Of a DNA stretch of 64,000 nucleotides, positions 53,438 through 63,407 are shown piece by piece. Origin of the DNA: Nitrosomonas ureae. GTDB lineage: Bacteria > Pseudomonadota > Gammaproteobacteria > Burkholderiales > Nitrosomonadaceae. Numbering within the stretch: the stretch's first letter is position 1; every line of letters starts with the position of its first letter. Both the position numbers and the translations under genes were made by a program. Below the pieces are notes generated by a model. That model had not been told where the DNA came from, did not search any database, and saw nothing but the letters and a program-made list of their open reading frames with translations. The stretch lies in assembly GCA_945872825.1 (NCBI GenBank), contig CAMCBD010000004.1:3596-67595 (forward strand), read 5' to 3'.

Positions 53438-54355
53438 TTGGCTGTTACTATTCAAATACACAAAACCTTACCAGCAATGCTGGGCGGTTATCTATCTTCC
53501 CAAACCAATCGCATGGTTGTAGCGATGATTGCTTCCATGCTACTGCATGTCATTATATTTTTTGGGGTTACTTTTCAGTTCCCTCAACCGAAATTCGACA
53601 AAATTGCCTCATCCCTGGAAGTTGTTCTGGTTAACAATAAAACGGTAACCAAACCGAAAGAAACCGAATTGCTTGCCCAAGATAATCTGGACGGTGGTGG
53701 CAATACGGATGCCGATCGCCGGGCAAAAACACCCTTTCCGGTACTGCCCAAAAGCAAGCCAGTGATCGGAAACAACCTAGCGCAACAAAAAGTTAAGCAA
53801 CTGGAACAGGAAGCCAAGAAACTGATGGCTGCAGTCAGCGATATCCCGCAAATCGAACAACCCAGTGAACACAAGAACGAAGCCGAAAGCAAACCAGTCA
53901 CAACAGACCCGGCTGAGTTATTGCTCCGCAGTCTTGATATCATCCGCCTCAGAGCACAGACTGATCAAGATCATGATAACTATCAGAAGCGTCCAAAACG
54001 CAAATTTGTCGGGGCGCGCACCAAGGAATACCGCTTTGCGCGCTATGTCGAGGATTGGCGCATGAAAGTCGAGCGCATCGGCAATTTGAATTACCCCGAA
54101 GTCGCCAGAAAAGATAAACTCTATGGCAACTTACAGCTTACCGTCAGTATTCGGGCGAATGGCAGTGTGGAGTCGATTCAAATCAATCGCTCATCCGGAG
54201 AAAAAATCCTGGACGATGCCGCCATCAATATTGTAAAACTCGCCGGACAAAATGGATTTGCGCCCTTTCCACCGGATATCAGTCAGGATACGGACATCTT
54301 ACATATTACTCGCACCTGGGTCTTTGCAGCTTCGGATATGTTGCTGAGTCAATAG
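53438..54355 (+). CDS. TonB family protein
   Basis: TM with SxxxH, YVEDWRMKVERIGNLNYP, SSGEKILDDAA; start uncertain. Confidence 0.85.
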   Translation: MAVTIQIHKTLPAMLGGYLSSQTNRMVVAMIASMLLHVIIFFGVTFQFPQPKFDKIASSLEVVLVNNKTVTKPKETELLAQDNLDGGGNTDADRRAKTPFPVLPKSKPVIGNNLAQQKVKQLEQEAKKLMAAVSDIPQIEQPSEHKNEAESKPVTTDPAELLLRSLDIIRLRAQTDQDHDNYQKRPKRKFVGARTKEYRFARYVEDWRMKVERIGNLNYPEVARKDKLYGNLQLTVSIRANGSVESIQINRSSGEKILDDAAINIVKLAGQNGFAPFPPDISQDTDILHITRTWVFAASDMLLSQ

Positions 54356-54416
54356 TTATTCATGGGCAACCGGAAGCCGGTTTTTATTTCCAACTTAACC
54401 AAGTATTTCCCCATCC

Positions 54417-55235
54417 ATGCTCGATTCTTACGCCGTGATTGGCAACCCCATTTCACATAGCAAATCACCCTTGATCCACAAAACCTTTGCGCAACAAACG
54501 CAACAATCCATGCAGTATGACGCGCTCCTGGCGCCACTGGATGGTTTCGAGGCGACTGTGGAAAGCTTTCGCCAGCACGGCGGCAAGGGATTGAATGTTA
54601 CTGTGCCATTCAAGCTCGAAGCTTACCGGCTGGCCACCCATTTAACGGAACGGGCAACCATCGCGCAGGCGGTCAATACACTTAAATTCGAAAACGATGA
54701 AATTCTCGGTGATAACACCGATGGCGCAGGATTAATCCGCGACATCGAATGCAATCTGGGAATTCCCCTTGCAGAAAAACGCATATTGCTGCTAGGTGCT
54801 GGCGGTGCCGCGCGGGGCGTGATCCTGCCGCTGCTGCAACAAAAACCCTCGCTGCTGGCCATTGCTAACCGAACTCCCGCAAAAGCAGTAGCGCTACAAG
54901 AACAGTTCAGTGCCTATGGCAATAGCGTTGCAGGCGATTTTATGCATTTCGCCGATGCACATTTTGACATCATCATCAACGCCACCTCCGCCAGTCTCCA
55001 CGATGCGCTGCCCGAATTACCCGCCAGTTTTTTTGCGCAGGCTGCTCTCGCCTACGATATGATGTATCGCCAGGAGCCAACGCGCTTTCTCAAATTCGCA
55101 CAACAAAATGGCACGCGTCAGATCGCCGATGGCATCGGCATGCTGGCGGAACAAGCGGCTGAATCCTTCTTTCTATGGCGCGGCATCCGGCCCCAGACAA
55201 AACCGGTGATTACCATGCTGAAATCTCACATCTGA
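54417..55235 (+). CDS. aroE: shikimate dehydrogenase
   Basis: GNPISHSKSP, NVTVPFK, GDNTDG, GAGGAARG. Confidence 0.96.
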   Translation: MLDSYAVIGNPISHSKSPLIHKTFAQQTQQSMQYDALLAPLDGFEATVESFRQHGGKGLNVTVPFKLEAYRLATHLTERATIAQAVNTLKFENDEILGDNTDGAGLIRDIECNLGIPLAEKRILLLGAGGAARGVILPLLQQKPSLLAIANRTPAKAVALQEQFSAYGNSVAGDFMHFADAHFDIIINATSASLHDALPELPASFFAQAALAYDMMYRQEPTRFLKFAQQNGTRQIADGIGMLAEQAAESFFLWRGIRPQTKPVITMLKSHI

Positions 55236-55301
55236 ATGCATTCTGCACGGGCAGATGCTTCTCCAATTAAAAGCAATTCTGTAGAAATTCCATCAAACTA
55301 C

Positions 55302-55420
55302 TTGAAGCAGTCTCTGAATAACCCGCCTTTGTCATTCCGAACGTAGTGAGGAATCTTTGGGAATTTACAGTATAGATTTCTCGCTATGCTCGAAATGACA
55401 GTTATTCAGGCACTCCCTAA
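55302..55420 (+). repeat. REP-like composite palindromic element, copy 2
   Basis: CTGAATAAC...GTCATTCCGAACGTAGTGAGGAATCT...AGATTTCTCGCTATGCTCGAAATGACAGTTATTCAG...CCCTAA. Confidence 0.82.
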
Positions 55421-55569
55421 ATGATTTCTCCATCCATCGGATAATTTAATGGTATTGGTATCGTACTGAGGGTTATACTTTCCGGTCATCAAACTGCAAA
55501 CTGTTCAGCGTATAAACGCGCTGGGCTTATTCACTACAATACAAACTGTCTTGCAAGCGACAATCCGTT

Positions 55570-57009
55570 ATGACCGAAAACGATACCAACGACCCGGAAA
55601 ATTCACCGACCCCGCAACAACAGGTCACCTACCTGTTGCGTAAATACAAATTGATCGAAGGCCTGGTTAATTTACAGGATGCGACGGATCAAACGCTTAC
55701 CGAATCTTCGGTACAGAAACAAAATCTGTCCGAGTTACAAAGCTTCTTGGATCAGCTCCATCCCGCTGACATCGCGCTGATACTGGAAGCGCTGCCGCTG
55801 GAAGACCGGCTTCTAATCTGGAGCATGGTCAAAGCCGACCGGGACGGAGAAGTCTTGCTGGAAACCTCCGATGCCGTGCGTGCCACACTGATCACCGACA
55901 TGCACAATCAGGAATTGGTTGCGGCGACGGAATATCTGGATGCCGACGAGATCGCCGATCTTGCCCCCGATTTGCCGCAGGAAGTCATGGACGATGTTTT
56001 CCGCTCGCTCCCTGTTGAAGAACGCGAGCAACTGCGTTCCGCCATGTCGTACCCGGAGGATTCCGTCGGTGCCTTAATGGATTTCGATGTCATCACGATT
56101 CGTGAAGATGTCCGGCTGGAAGTGGTTTTACGTTATTTACGCATGTGGGACGAAATGCCAGATCATACCGACCAACTTTTCGTGGTCGACCGGAATGAAC
56201 AGTTGAAAGGCGTATTGCTGATTAACCGCTTGCTCGTCAGCGATCCGGATACCCTCGTTGCCGATGTCATGACCAACGAAATAATCAAATTACAACCGGA
56301 CGATGTCGCCCAGCAAGCTGCTAACGCGTTCGAGCGTTATGACCTGGTTTCTGCTTCCGTGGTGGATGAAAACGACAAACTACTCGGCCGCGTCACCGTC
56401 AACACCGTGATCGATTTTATCCGCGACAAAGCCGAGAATGAAGCGTTGAATTTAGCGGGTTTGAGCGAAGAAGAAGATCTTTTTGCGCCGGTCTTAAAGA
56501 GCGTTAAAAACCGCTGGGTCTGGCTGGCCGTCAACCTGGTCACCGCTTTCATCGCTTCCCGCGTCATCGGCCTGTTTGAAGACTCCATCGAAAAACTGGT
56601 TGCACTCGCCGCGCTGATGCCGATTATCGCCGGCATTGGCGGCAACTCAGGCAATCAAACCATCACCATGATCGTGCGCGCGTTAGCGCTGGATCAAATC
56701 AGCACCAGCAGCGCCTGGAAATTAATCACCAAAGAAGTCGGCGTCAGTATCGTCAACGGCCTGCTCTGGGGAACCATCGTCGGTTTGTTTACCTTCGCCA
56801 TTTACCAGAACGCCGAACTCGGTCTGGTCATGACCTTGGCACTGGTTCTGAATCTGCTGCTGGCAGCGCTGCTCGGTGTGCTGATCCCGCTGACCCTGCG
56901 CAAATTCGGCCGCGACCCGGCGATCGGCTCCAGCGTGATGATTACTGCTGTGACGGACAGTGGCGGATTCTTTATTTTTCTGAGTCTGGCGACTATCTTT
57001 TTGCTGTAG
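55570..57009 (+). CDS. mgtE: magnesium transporter
   Basis: acidic N-terminal domain, CBS pair, GGNSGNQT, DPAIGSSVMITAVTD. Confidence 0.95.
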   Translation: MTENDTNDPENSPTPQQQVTYLLRKYKLIEGLVNLQDATDQTLTESSVQKQNLSELQSFLDQLHPADIALILEALPLEDRLLIWSMVKADRDGEVLLETSDAVRATLITDMHNQELVAATEYLDADEIADLAPDLPQEVMDDVFRSLPVEEREQLRSAMSYPEDSVGALMDFDVITIREDVRLEVVLRYLRMWDEMPDHTDQLFVVDRNEQLKGVLLINRLLVSDPDTLVADVMTNEIIKLQPDDVAQQAANAFERYDLVSASVVDENDKLLGRVTVNTVIDFIRDKAENEALNLAGLSEEEDLFAPVLKSVKNRWVWLAVNLVTAFIASRVIGLFEDSIEKLVALAALMPIIAGIGGNSGNQTITMIVRALALDQISTSSAWKLITKEVGVSIVNGLLWGTIVGLFTFAIYQNAELGLVMTLALVLNLLLAALLGVLIPLTLRKFGRDPAIGSSVMITAVTDSGGFFIFLSLATIFLL

Positions 57010-57186
57010 CAGGCAGTGATGGCGTATTTGCTGACACAATTTGTCTGATTACGATAAACTTTAATAAGTTTTAACAACAAGATATAGATTCTTAACCATG
57101 ATGACACGACACCTGATAAGTTTTATTGGACAAATAAAGTCATATTTATCACGTTATGCATATTTGCCCGGAAACTGATTACCGCT

Positions 57187-58311
57187 ATGCCACAACAGAT
57201 CTACTTCGATGAGTCTGGATTCACCGGGAATAATCTTCTTCACCCCCATCAAAAGTATTTTGTCTACGGATCGGTCGCCACGGACGACATTGAGGCGAAA
57301 GAGTTCGTAACCGCGTTAATTAAGAAATATGGAATACAGGGCGGGGAACTCAAGGGAAGTAGGCTTGTTCAATTCAACAAAGGCCGGAAAGCAATTGACG
57401 AGATATTCACCCACTTCGAAGGTAGAATAAAGCTTTCAGTATCTGAAAAGAAATTCGCTCTTTCCTGCAAATTTTTTGAGTACATCTTTGAACCCTGTAT
57501 CTCAGATATCAACTCGCTATTCTATGGCGTTGGATTTCACAAGTTCATAGCCAACATTCTCTATATCGGGTTCTTGACGCGGGGAGCTGGTGCCGAACAA
57601 ATTTTCGGGGAGTTCGAGAATCTCATGCGCAGCCGGAATACCGATGGACTGGATGCAATATTTTCATCATCGACGCATTCGGAGAATTCTCCGATACTGA
57701 TTCAGATTCGAGAGTTTGCACAGCACCGAGCAGAGGACATATGCGCCGAGTTGGCATCACTTAGTGATGGAGGGGCTGGCAAGTGGATACTTGATCTCAC
57801 GAACACTGCTCTTTTCACTCTATTAGCCAACTGGGGCTTGGAGTTTGAGCAGGTGACAGCCATTTGCGATCACTCGAAACCGCTACAGCATGAGCAATCC
57901 ATTTTCAATGTAATGATTGATCGTCCGGATCGACAATTTAGTGTTGCTTTCGGTAAAGAGCACCCAATCACATTCAACCTGTCAGGCCCAATTCAGTTCT
58001 CTGACTCCAAGATTACGCATGGAATTCAACTCGCCGACGCAGTTTCGGCGGCAGCGGTCTATGCGCTCAGCAACCGTGGTAACGAGCATGTGGAGAAATG
58101 GAAGGCGCTCATACCAGCTATAGGTCACTATGGCAGCATCTTTCCAGAACTCGACACGTTGAATCTCAATGATATTTCGGCTCAACGGAATGCTGTGATT
58201 CTCATGGAGCTACATTCAAGGGCGAAAGAAGGACGAAATTTGATCGAGGGTATGCCTGAATTTCTTCGCTTTGTCAGCCAGAAACTTCTGACTCACCCGA
58301 TATATGCATAA
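57187..58311 (+). CDS. DUF3800 family protein in an integron-type cassette
   Basis: IYFDESG and IQLADAV motifs; GTTATGC core at 57153-57159 and attC overlapping the stop codon. Confidence 0.8.
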   Translation: MPQQIYFDESGFTGNNLLHPHQKYFVYGSVATDDIEAKEFVTALIKKYGIQGGELKGSRLVQFNKGRKAIDEIFTHFEGRIKLSVSEKKFALSCKFFEYIFEPCISDINSLFYGVGFHKFIANILYIGFLTRGAGAEQIFGEFENLMRSRNTDGLDAIFSSSTHSENSPILIQIREFAQHRAEDICAELASLSDGGAGKWILDLTNTALFTLLANWGLEFEQVTAICDHSKPLQHEQSIFNVMIDRPDRQFSVAFGKEHPITFNLSGPIQFSDSKITHGIQLADAVSAAAVYALSNRGNEHVEKWKALIPAIGHYGSIFPELDTLNLNDISAQRNAVILMELHSRAKEGRNLIEGMPEFLRFVSQKLLTHPIYA

Positions 58312-58371
58312 CCCATCGTTCCACCAGCCTGCGCGAAAAGCCGTGCAGGCTGGTGAATTCAGACGTTAGAT
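58306..58371 (+). other. integron attC recombination site (66 bp)
   Basis: GCATAAC...TTCCACCAGCCTGCGC-GAAAAGCC-GTGCAGGCTGGTGAA...GTTAGAT: two core boxes, long stem, extrahelical base. Confidence 0.85.
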
Positions 58372-58545
58372 TCACATGAAAACCATTGATACAAGCCCAA
58401 TGTGTTTCAATGAGATCAAACTCGATTGATCCTAATATTTGGTTGTTTTAAATGAAAAAATAATCCAACCTCACATTCGAGTGCAATGCCGCAAAAACAC
58501 GGCGTGCCTCAATTTTACGTTATACCAATTTCTCATAGAACATCG

Positions 58546-59199
58546 ATGAAATTTCTGCTTTTCCTCGGCACAGTGCGAAACAGCACCCCACCCAACCCTC
58601 CCCGGCTGGGCCTCAGGGTCGCAAGAGCTTGTGTGACTCAGATGCATCAAAGCGGCGTTTCAGTGGAGCTGATCGATCCGCTGGATTTCGATCTTGAACC
58701 CATATTCAAACCGCATTTTGCTTACGCGCAAGGCAAAGCACCCGCTCAGCTCCAAGTCTTAGCGGACAAAATCGCAGCAGCGGATGGCTATGTCATGGTA
58801 AGCCCGAAATACAATCATTCGCTGAGCCCGGCTTTGGCGCATTTACTCAATCACTTCGGCAGTTCGCTGTTTTCGTATAAACCCAGCGCGATTGTCACCT
58901 ATTCGGCGGGACAATGGGGCGGTGTCAGGGCGGCGGTGGGCATGCGGTCTTTTCTGTCGGAGTTGGGTTGTTTGCCGGTTTCGGCGATGATCCACATTCC
59001 CAAGGCGCATGAAGTCCTCGCGGAAGACGGAAATTTTCTCGATCCCGCCGATGCGGAAAGATGGATAAGCTATTTCGCCAGATCCTTTACGCAACTGACC
59101 TGGTGGGCATCCGCCGCGCAAAATCAGCGGAACGCTATCGACCCGCACAAACAGGTGCCAGCATTCAAAAGAGATCCGTCGCAAAGAAATGCCCCTTAA
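58546..59199 (+). CDS. NADPH-dependent FMN reductase
   Basis: LFLGTVR, ADGYVMVSPKYNHS (usually PEYN), YSAGQWGGVRA. Confidence 0.85.
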   Translation: MKFLLFLGTVRNSTPPNPPRLGLRVARACVTQMHQSGVSVELIDPLDFDLEPIFKPHFAYAQGKAPAQLQVLADKIAAADGYVMVSPKYNHSLSPALAHLLNHFGSSLFSYKPSAIVTYSAGQWGGVRAAVGMRSFLSELGCLPVSAMIHIPKAHEVLAEDGNFLDPADAERWISYFARSFTQLTWWASAAQNQRNAIDPHKQVPAFKRDPSQRNAP

Positions 59200-59309
59200 G
59201 GAATCTCTGCATACCCCATCTTTGTCATTCCGAACGCAGTGAGGAATCTTCTCGAATCAACCGTATAGATTTCTCGCTCTGTTCAAAATGACAGTGATTC
59301 AGAAACTCC
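59196..59309 (+). repeat. REP-like composite palindromic element, copy 3
   Basis: TTAAGGAATCTCTGCATAC...GTCATTCCGAACGCAGTGAGGAATCT...AGATTTCTCGCTCTGTTCAAAATGACAGTGATTCAGAAACTCC. Confidence 0.8.
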
Positions 59310-59411
59310 AGAAATTTATGTCTAAAGGAAAAGCATAAAGCATAGATCCAGCACAGTTATATAATTCTTGGAAGCAACGCGGATTTTGATTTAAAGGTAC
59401 TCGGACAATCA

Positions 59412-60398
<987 letters not shown>

Positions 60399-60463
60399 AC
60401 CAGTCTGGGTAATCTATATTCTTGCTGCCGCGATAAAAATACTACCTGAAAAAATTAATTTGA

Positions 60464-60484
60464 CAGGCTCATGTTTTGAGCCTG
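60464..60484. promoter_or_regulatory. perfect inverted repeat, candidate WYL operator
   Basis: CAGGCTCA-TGTTT-TGAGCCTG overlapping a TTGACA hexamer (60460-60465), about 45 bp upstream of the HIRAN start. Confidence 0.55.
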
Positions 60485-60529
60485 CGGTCAGGGATAATGA
60501 TTGAGTGTGAATTGTTTCTACAAGGGAGC

Positions 60530-60928
60530 ATGATGTCACGACGCATATTCCTGAAATCACTTACAACATTGCTCGGCGGATTCTCCCTGCCCGCAATTGC
60601 ATACACCAGGCCGAACCCGGTGAGATGGAAAACCTTACAAATTTCACCCGTAGCCGGATTCCAATATTACCAGGGCGAAACGCTTTGGCCGCAACTGGAT
60701 GCCGGGTAGTTTGTCACGCTCGTGCGCGAACCCGGCAATCCCTACGATGACCGTGCAGTCCGCATAGACTGGCAAGGACACAAACTCGGCTATATTCCCC
60801 GGATGGACAATGCCGCCGTTTCGCAGCTGATTGATCGTGGGGAAAGATTATCGGCTTTGATTGTAGGGTTGAAAGAAAGTAATAATCCTTGGGATCGAAT
60901 CATGGTGGAAGTGCAATGGCGAGCATAA
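60530..60928 (+). pseudogene. HIRAN domain protein with twin-arginine signal, one in-frame TAG at 60707-60709
   Basis: SRRIFLK...AIA leader; VAGFQYY...LVREPGNPYDDRAVRI...KLGYIPR HIRAN motifs continue in one frame across the stop; AAGGGAG RBS. Confidence 0.82.
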
Positions 60929-61032
60929 ACGGGTAGTGTTGTTGGAAAGCCCATGTTTTTATCAATCTGGATATGTTGGCAGCTTTGGCGTTTGTTACGG
61001 ATGTTGTGCGAAATGAAGGAATTGTTGTGAAT

Positions 61033-63288
61033 ATGGAAACGAAAGATAACAAAACTAATATTCTTGCTCACGTTCGTCAGGCTAAAAACGGTAATTGGAA
61101 GGAACATGCGCTGAATGAGCACTTAAATGAAGTAGCCAAGCGCGCAGGAGAAGCTGCAGAAACATTCGATAGCGCAGACTGGGCAAGGATAGCCGGTCTC
61201 TGGCACGATTTAGGCAAGTATAGTGCTGAATTTCAGGAATACATCAAAAAAGCCAGCGGTTACGATGCTGAAGCCCATATTGAGGGGGTTCCAGGAAGAG
61301 TGGATCACTCTACAGCCGGAGCCATTCATGCAATTCGGCAGCTTGGTGTGCATGGACGCATTCTTGCATACCTGATTGCCGGACATCATGCCGGATTGGC
61401 CGACTGGTATTCGGCGGAAACTGGAGGTAAAGCCCTTTCGATTCGATTGGGAGCAGAGCAGAATTACCTACTTGATCGCATACCAACACAAGTCATTCCG
61501 CAGGAAATTCTCACACAAGCGAGGCCTTCCACCAAGCCGCGCGGCGGAGCAGATGGATTGCACCTATGGTTACGCATGTTGTTCTCCTGCCTGGTGGATG
61601 CGGACTTTTTGGATACCGAAGCTTTCATGGATGACGATAAAGCAGCTACCCGTAGTGGTTATCGTGATTTGACCAGTTTGCTGACTGACTTCGATCTATA
61701 CATGGCCAAAAAATCCACATCCGCAGCCTCTACGCCAGTCAACGTCATCCGTTCCGATATTCTGCGGCAGTGCCGTGAAAAATCTGCACTAGATCCCGGA
61801 TTGTTCTCGCTCACCGTGCCTACTGGCGGCGGCAAAACCTTGTCTGGTATGGCTTTCACCTTGCGGCATGCCGTGCAGCACAAAAAACGACGCATCCTAT
61901 ATATCATTCCTTACACCAGTATCATCGAACAAACAGTGGGTATATTCCGCGAGATATTCGGCGACAATGTGGTTGAGCATCACGCTAATCTTGATCCGGA
62001 CAAAGAAGATGCACGTTCCCGTCTGGCAACCGAGAACTGGGATGCGCCCATCATCGTTACCACCAATGTACAGTTTTTTGAATCACTGTTTGCTGCTCGT
62101 ACCAGTCGTTGCCGCAAGCTACATAATATCGTCAATAGTGTAGTGGTGTTGGATGAAGCACAGTTACTGCCGCCGGAGTTTTTACAACCGATTGCCGATG
62201 TAATGAATCAATTAGCAAATCATTATGGAGTGACATTCGTGCTTTCCACCGCTACCCAGCCTGCGCTTGGTTCGTTCCAATCTTTTGGCAACAATCCATT
62301 TCGCAGATTAGATAATGTGCGCGAAATCATGGATGACCCGGATTCTCTGTATCAAAAACTGAAACGTGTGGAAGTCACTGTACCTAACGATTTACAAACA
62401 CCCCGCGATTGGGAAAGTGTCACGGCAGAACTGCTTCAGTATCCATCTGTATTATGTATCGTCAGCCGCCGGGACGACGCACGCGAACTGCATCGCCTAA
62501 TGACATCCAATGAGGAAGGAAAAGATACAGTGCACCTTTCCGCACTGATGTGCGGCGAGCATCGCAGTGAAGTGATTGCTGATATCAAGGCGCGTTTAAA
62601 GCGCAACGAACCCGTACGCGTCATTAGTACCCAACTGGTGGAAGCCGGTGTAGATGTAGATTTTTCAGTGGTATATCGCGCGCTGGCCGGATTGGATTCG
62701 ATTGCTCAGGCAGCGGGACGTTGCAATCGCGAAGGCAAACAAAATAACTTGGGGCGGGTCGTAGTTTTTGTGCCGCCCAAACCTGCACCTCCCGGCTTGT
62801 TGCGGCAAGCAGCACAAATCTCCGTGAGCCTGCTGTCGGAAAATACAAGCAATATATTAGGGCGCGATCTTGCCAAGCAGTTTTTCGAGCATCTCTATAT
62901 ACGCGCACCGTCGCTTGACAAGCACGGTATTCACGAATTACTCACGCAAGACGCTCACGAATGCCAGATTCAATTCCGCACCGTAGCGGACAAATTCAAG
63001 CTGATAGACGACAGCGCCTACCAAACTATATTGGTGCGCTATGGTGACAGCCATGAATTGCTTGATAGATTGGAAATAGAAGGCCCGCATCGCAAGTTGA
63101 TGCGTAAGCTGCAACGTTACTCGGTAAATATACCCAAGCGTATATTTGCTCAACTCGAGAATCAGGGAGATGTCCAGGAATGTAAGAAATTGCCGGGCAT
63201 TTTTGTACAAGTTGGCAACAAGCTTTACGATAAATCGCTGGGTGTAGTGATTGATAGCAACATAGCCCCAGACGAATTGGTTGTGTAA
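61033..63288 (+). CDS. cas3: CRISPR-associated nuclease/helicase Cas3
   Basis: HLNEV...HDLGK HD domain, HHAGL, VPTGGGKT, DEAQ, SAT, QAAGRCNREG. Confidence 0.96.
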   Translation: METKDNKTNILAHVRQAKNGNWKEHALNEHLNEVAKRAGEAAETFDSADWARIAGLWHDLGKYSAEFQEYIKKASGYDAEAHIEGVPGRVDHSTAGAIHAIRQLGVHGRILAYLIAGHHAGLADWYSAETGGKALSIRLGAEQNYLLDRIPTQVIPQEILTQARPSTKPRGGADGLHLWLRMLFSCLVDADFLDTEAFMDDDKAATRSGYRDLTSLLTDFDLYMAKKSTSAASTPVNVIRSDILRQCREKSALDPGLFSLTVPTGGGKTLSGMAFTLRHAVQHKKRRILYIIPYTSIIEQTVGIFREIFGDNVVEHHANLDPDKEDARSRLATENWDAPIIVTTNVQFFESLFAARTSRCRKLHNIVNSVVVLDEAQLLPPEFLQPIADVMNQLANHYGVTFVLSTATQPALGSFQSFGNNPFRRLDNVREIMDDPDSLYQKLKRVEVTVPNDLQTPRDWESVTAELLQYPSVLCIVSRRDDARELHRLMTSNEEGKDTVHLSALMCGEHRSEVIADIKARLKRNEPVRVISTQLVEAGVDVDFSVVYRALAGLDSIAQAAGRCNREGKQNNLGRVVVFVPPKPAPPGLLRQAAQISVSLLSENTSNILGRDLAKQFFEHLYIRAPSLDKHGIHELLTQDAHECQIQFRTVADKFKLIDDSAYQTILVRYGDSHELLDRLEIEGPHRKLMRKLQRYSVNIPKRIFAQLENQGDVQECKKLPGIFVQVGNKLYDKSLGVVIDSNIAPDELVV

Positions 63289-63306
63289 AGGAAAATTGTG
63301 AGAATC

Positions 63307-63374
63307 CGTCATTCCCGCGAAGGCGGGAATCCAACGCTTTAATTGACTGGGTTCCCGTTTTCACGGGAACGACG
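63307..63374. repeat. dRS3/REP-like palindrome between cas3 and cas5
   Basis: CGTCATTCCCGCGAAGGCGGGAATCC...GGGTTCCCGTTTTCACGGGAACGACG; contains ATTCCC-N8-GGGAAT. Confidence 0.75.
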
Positions 63375-63407
63375 AAACTGAAATGTTTGGAGCCAGGGAA
63401 GAAAAAC

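Noticed and set aside
58372-59199. FMN reductase as a further integron cassette
   Set aside because: No attC or ATCTAAC core after its stop; only a 17-codon remnant follows the GTTAGAT box.
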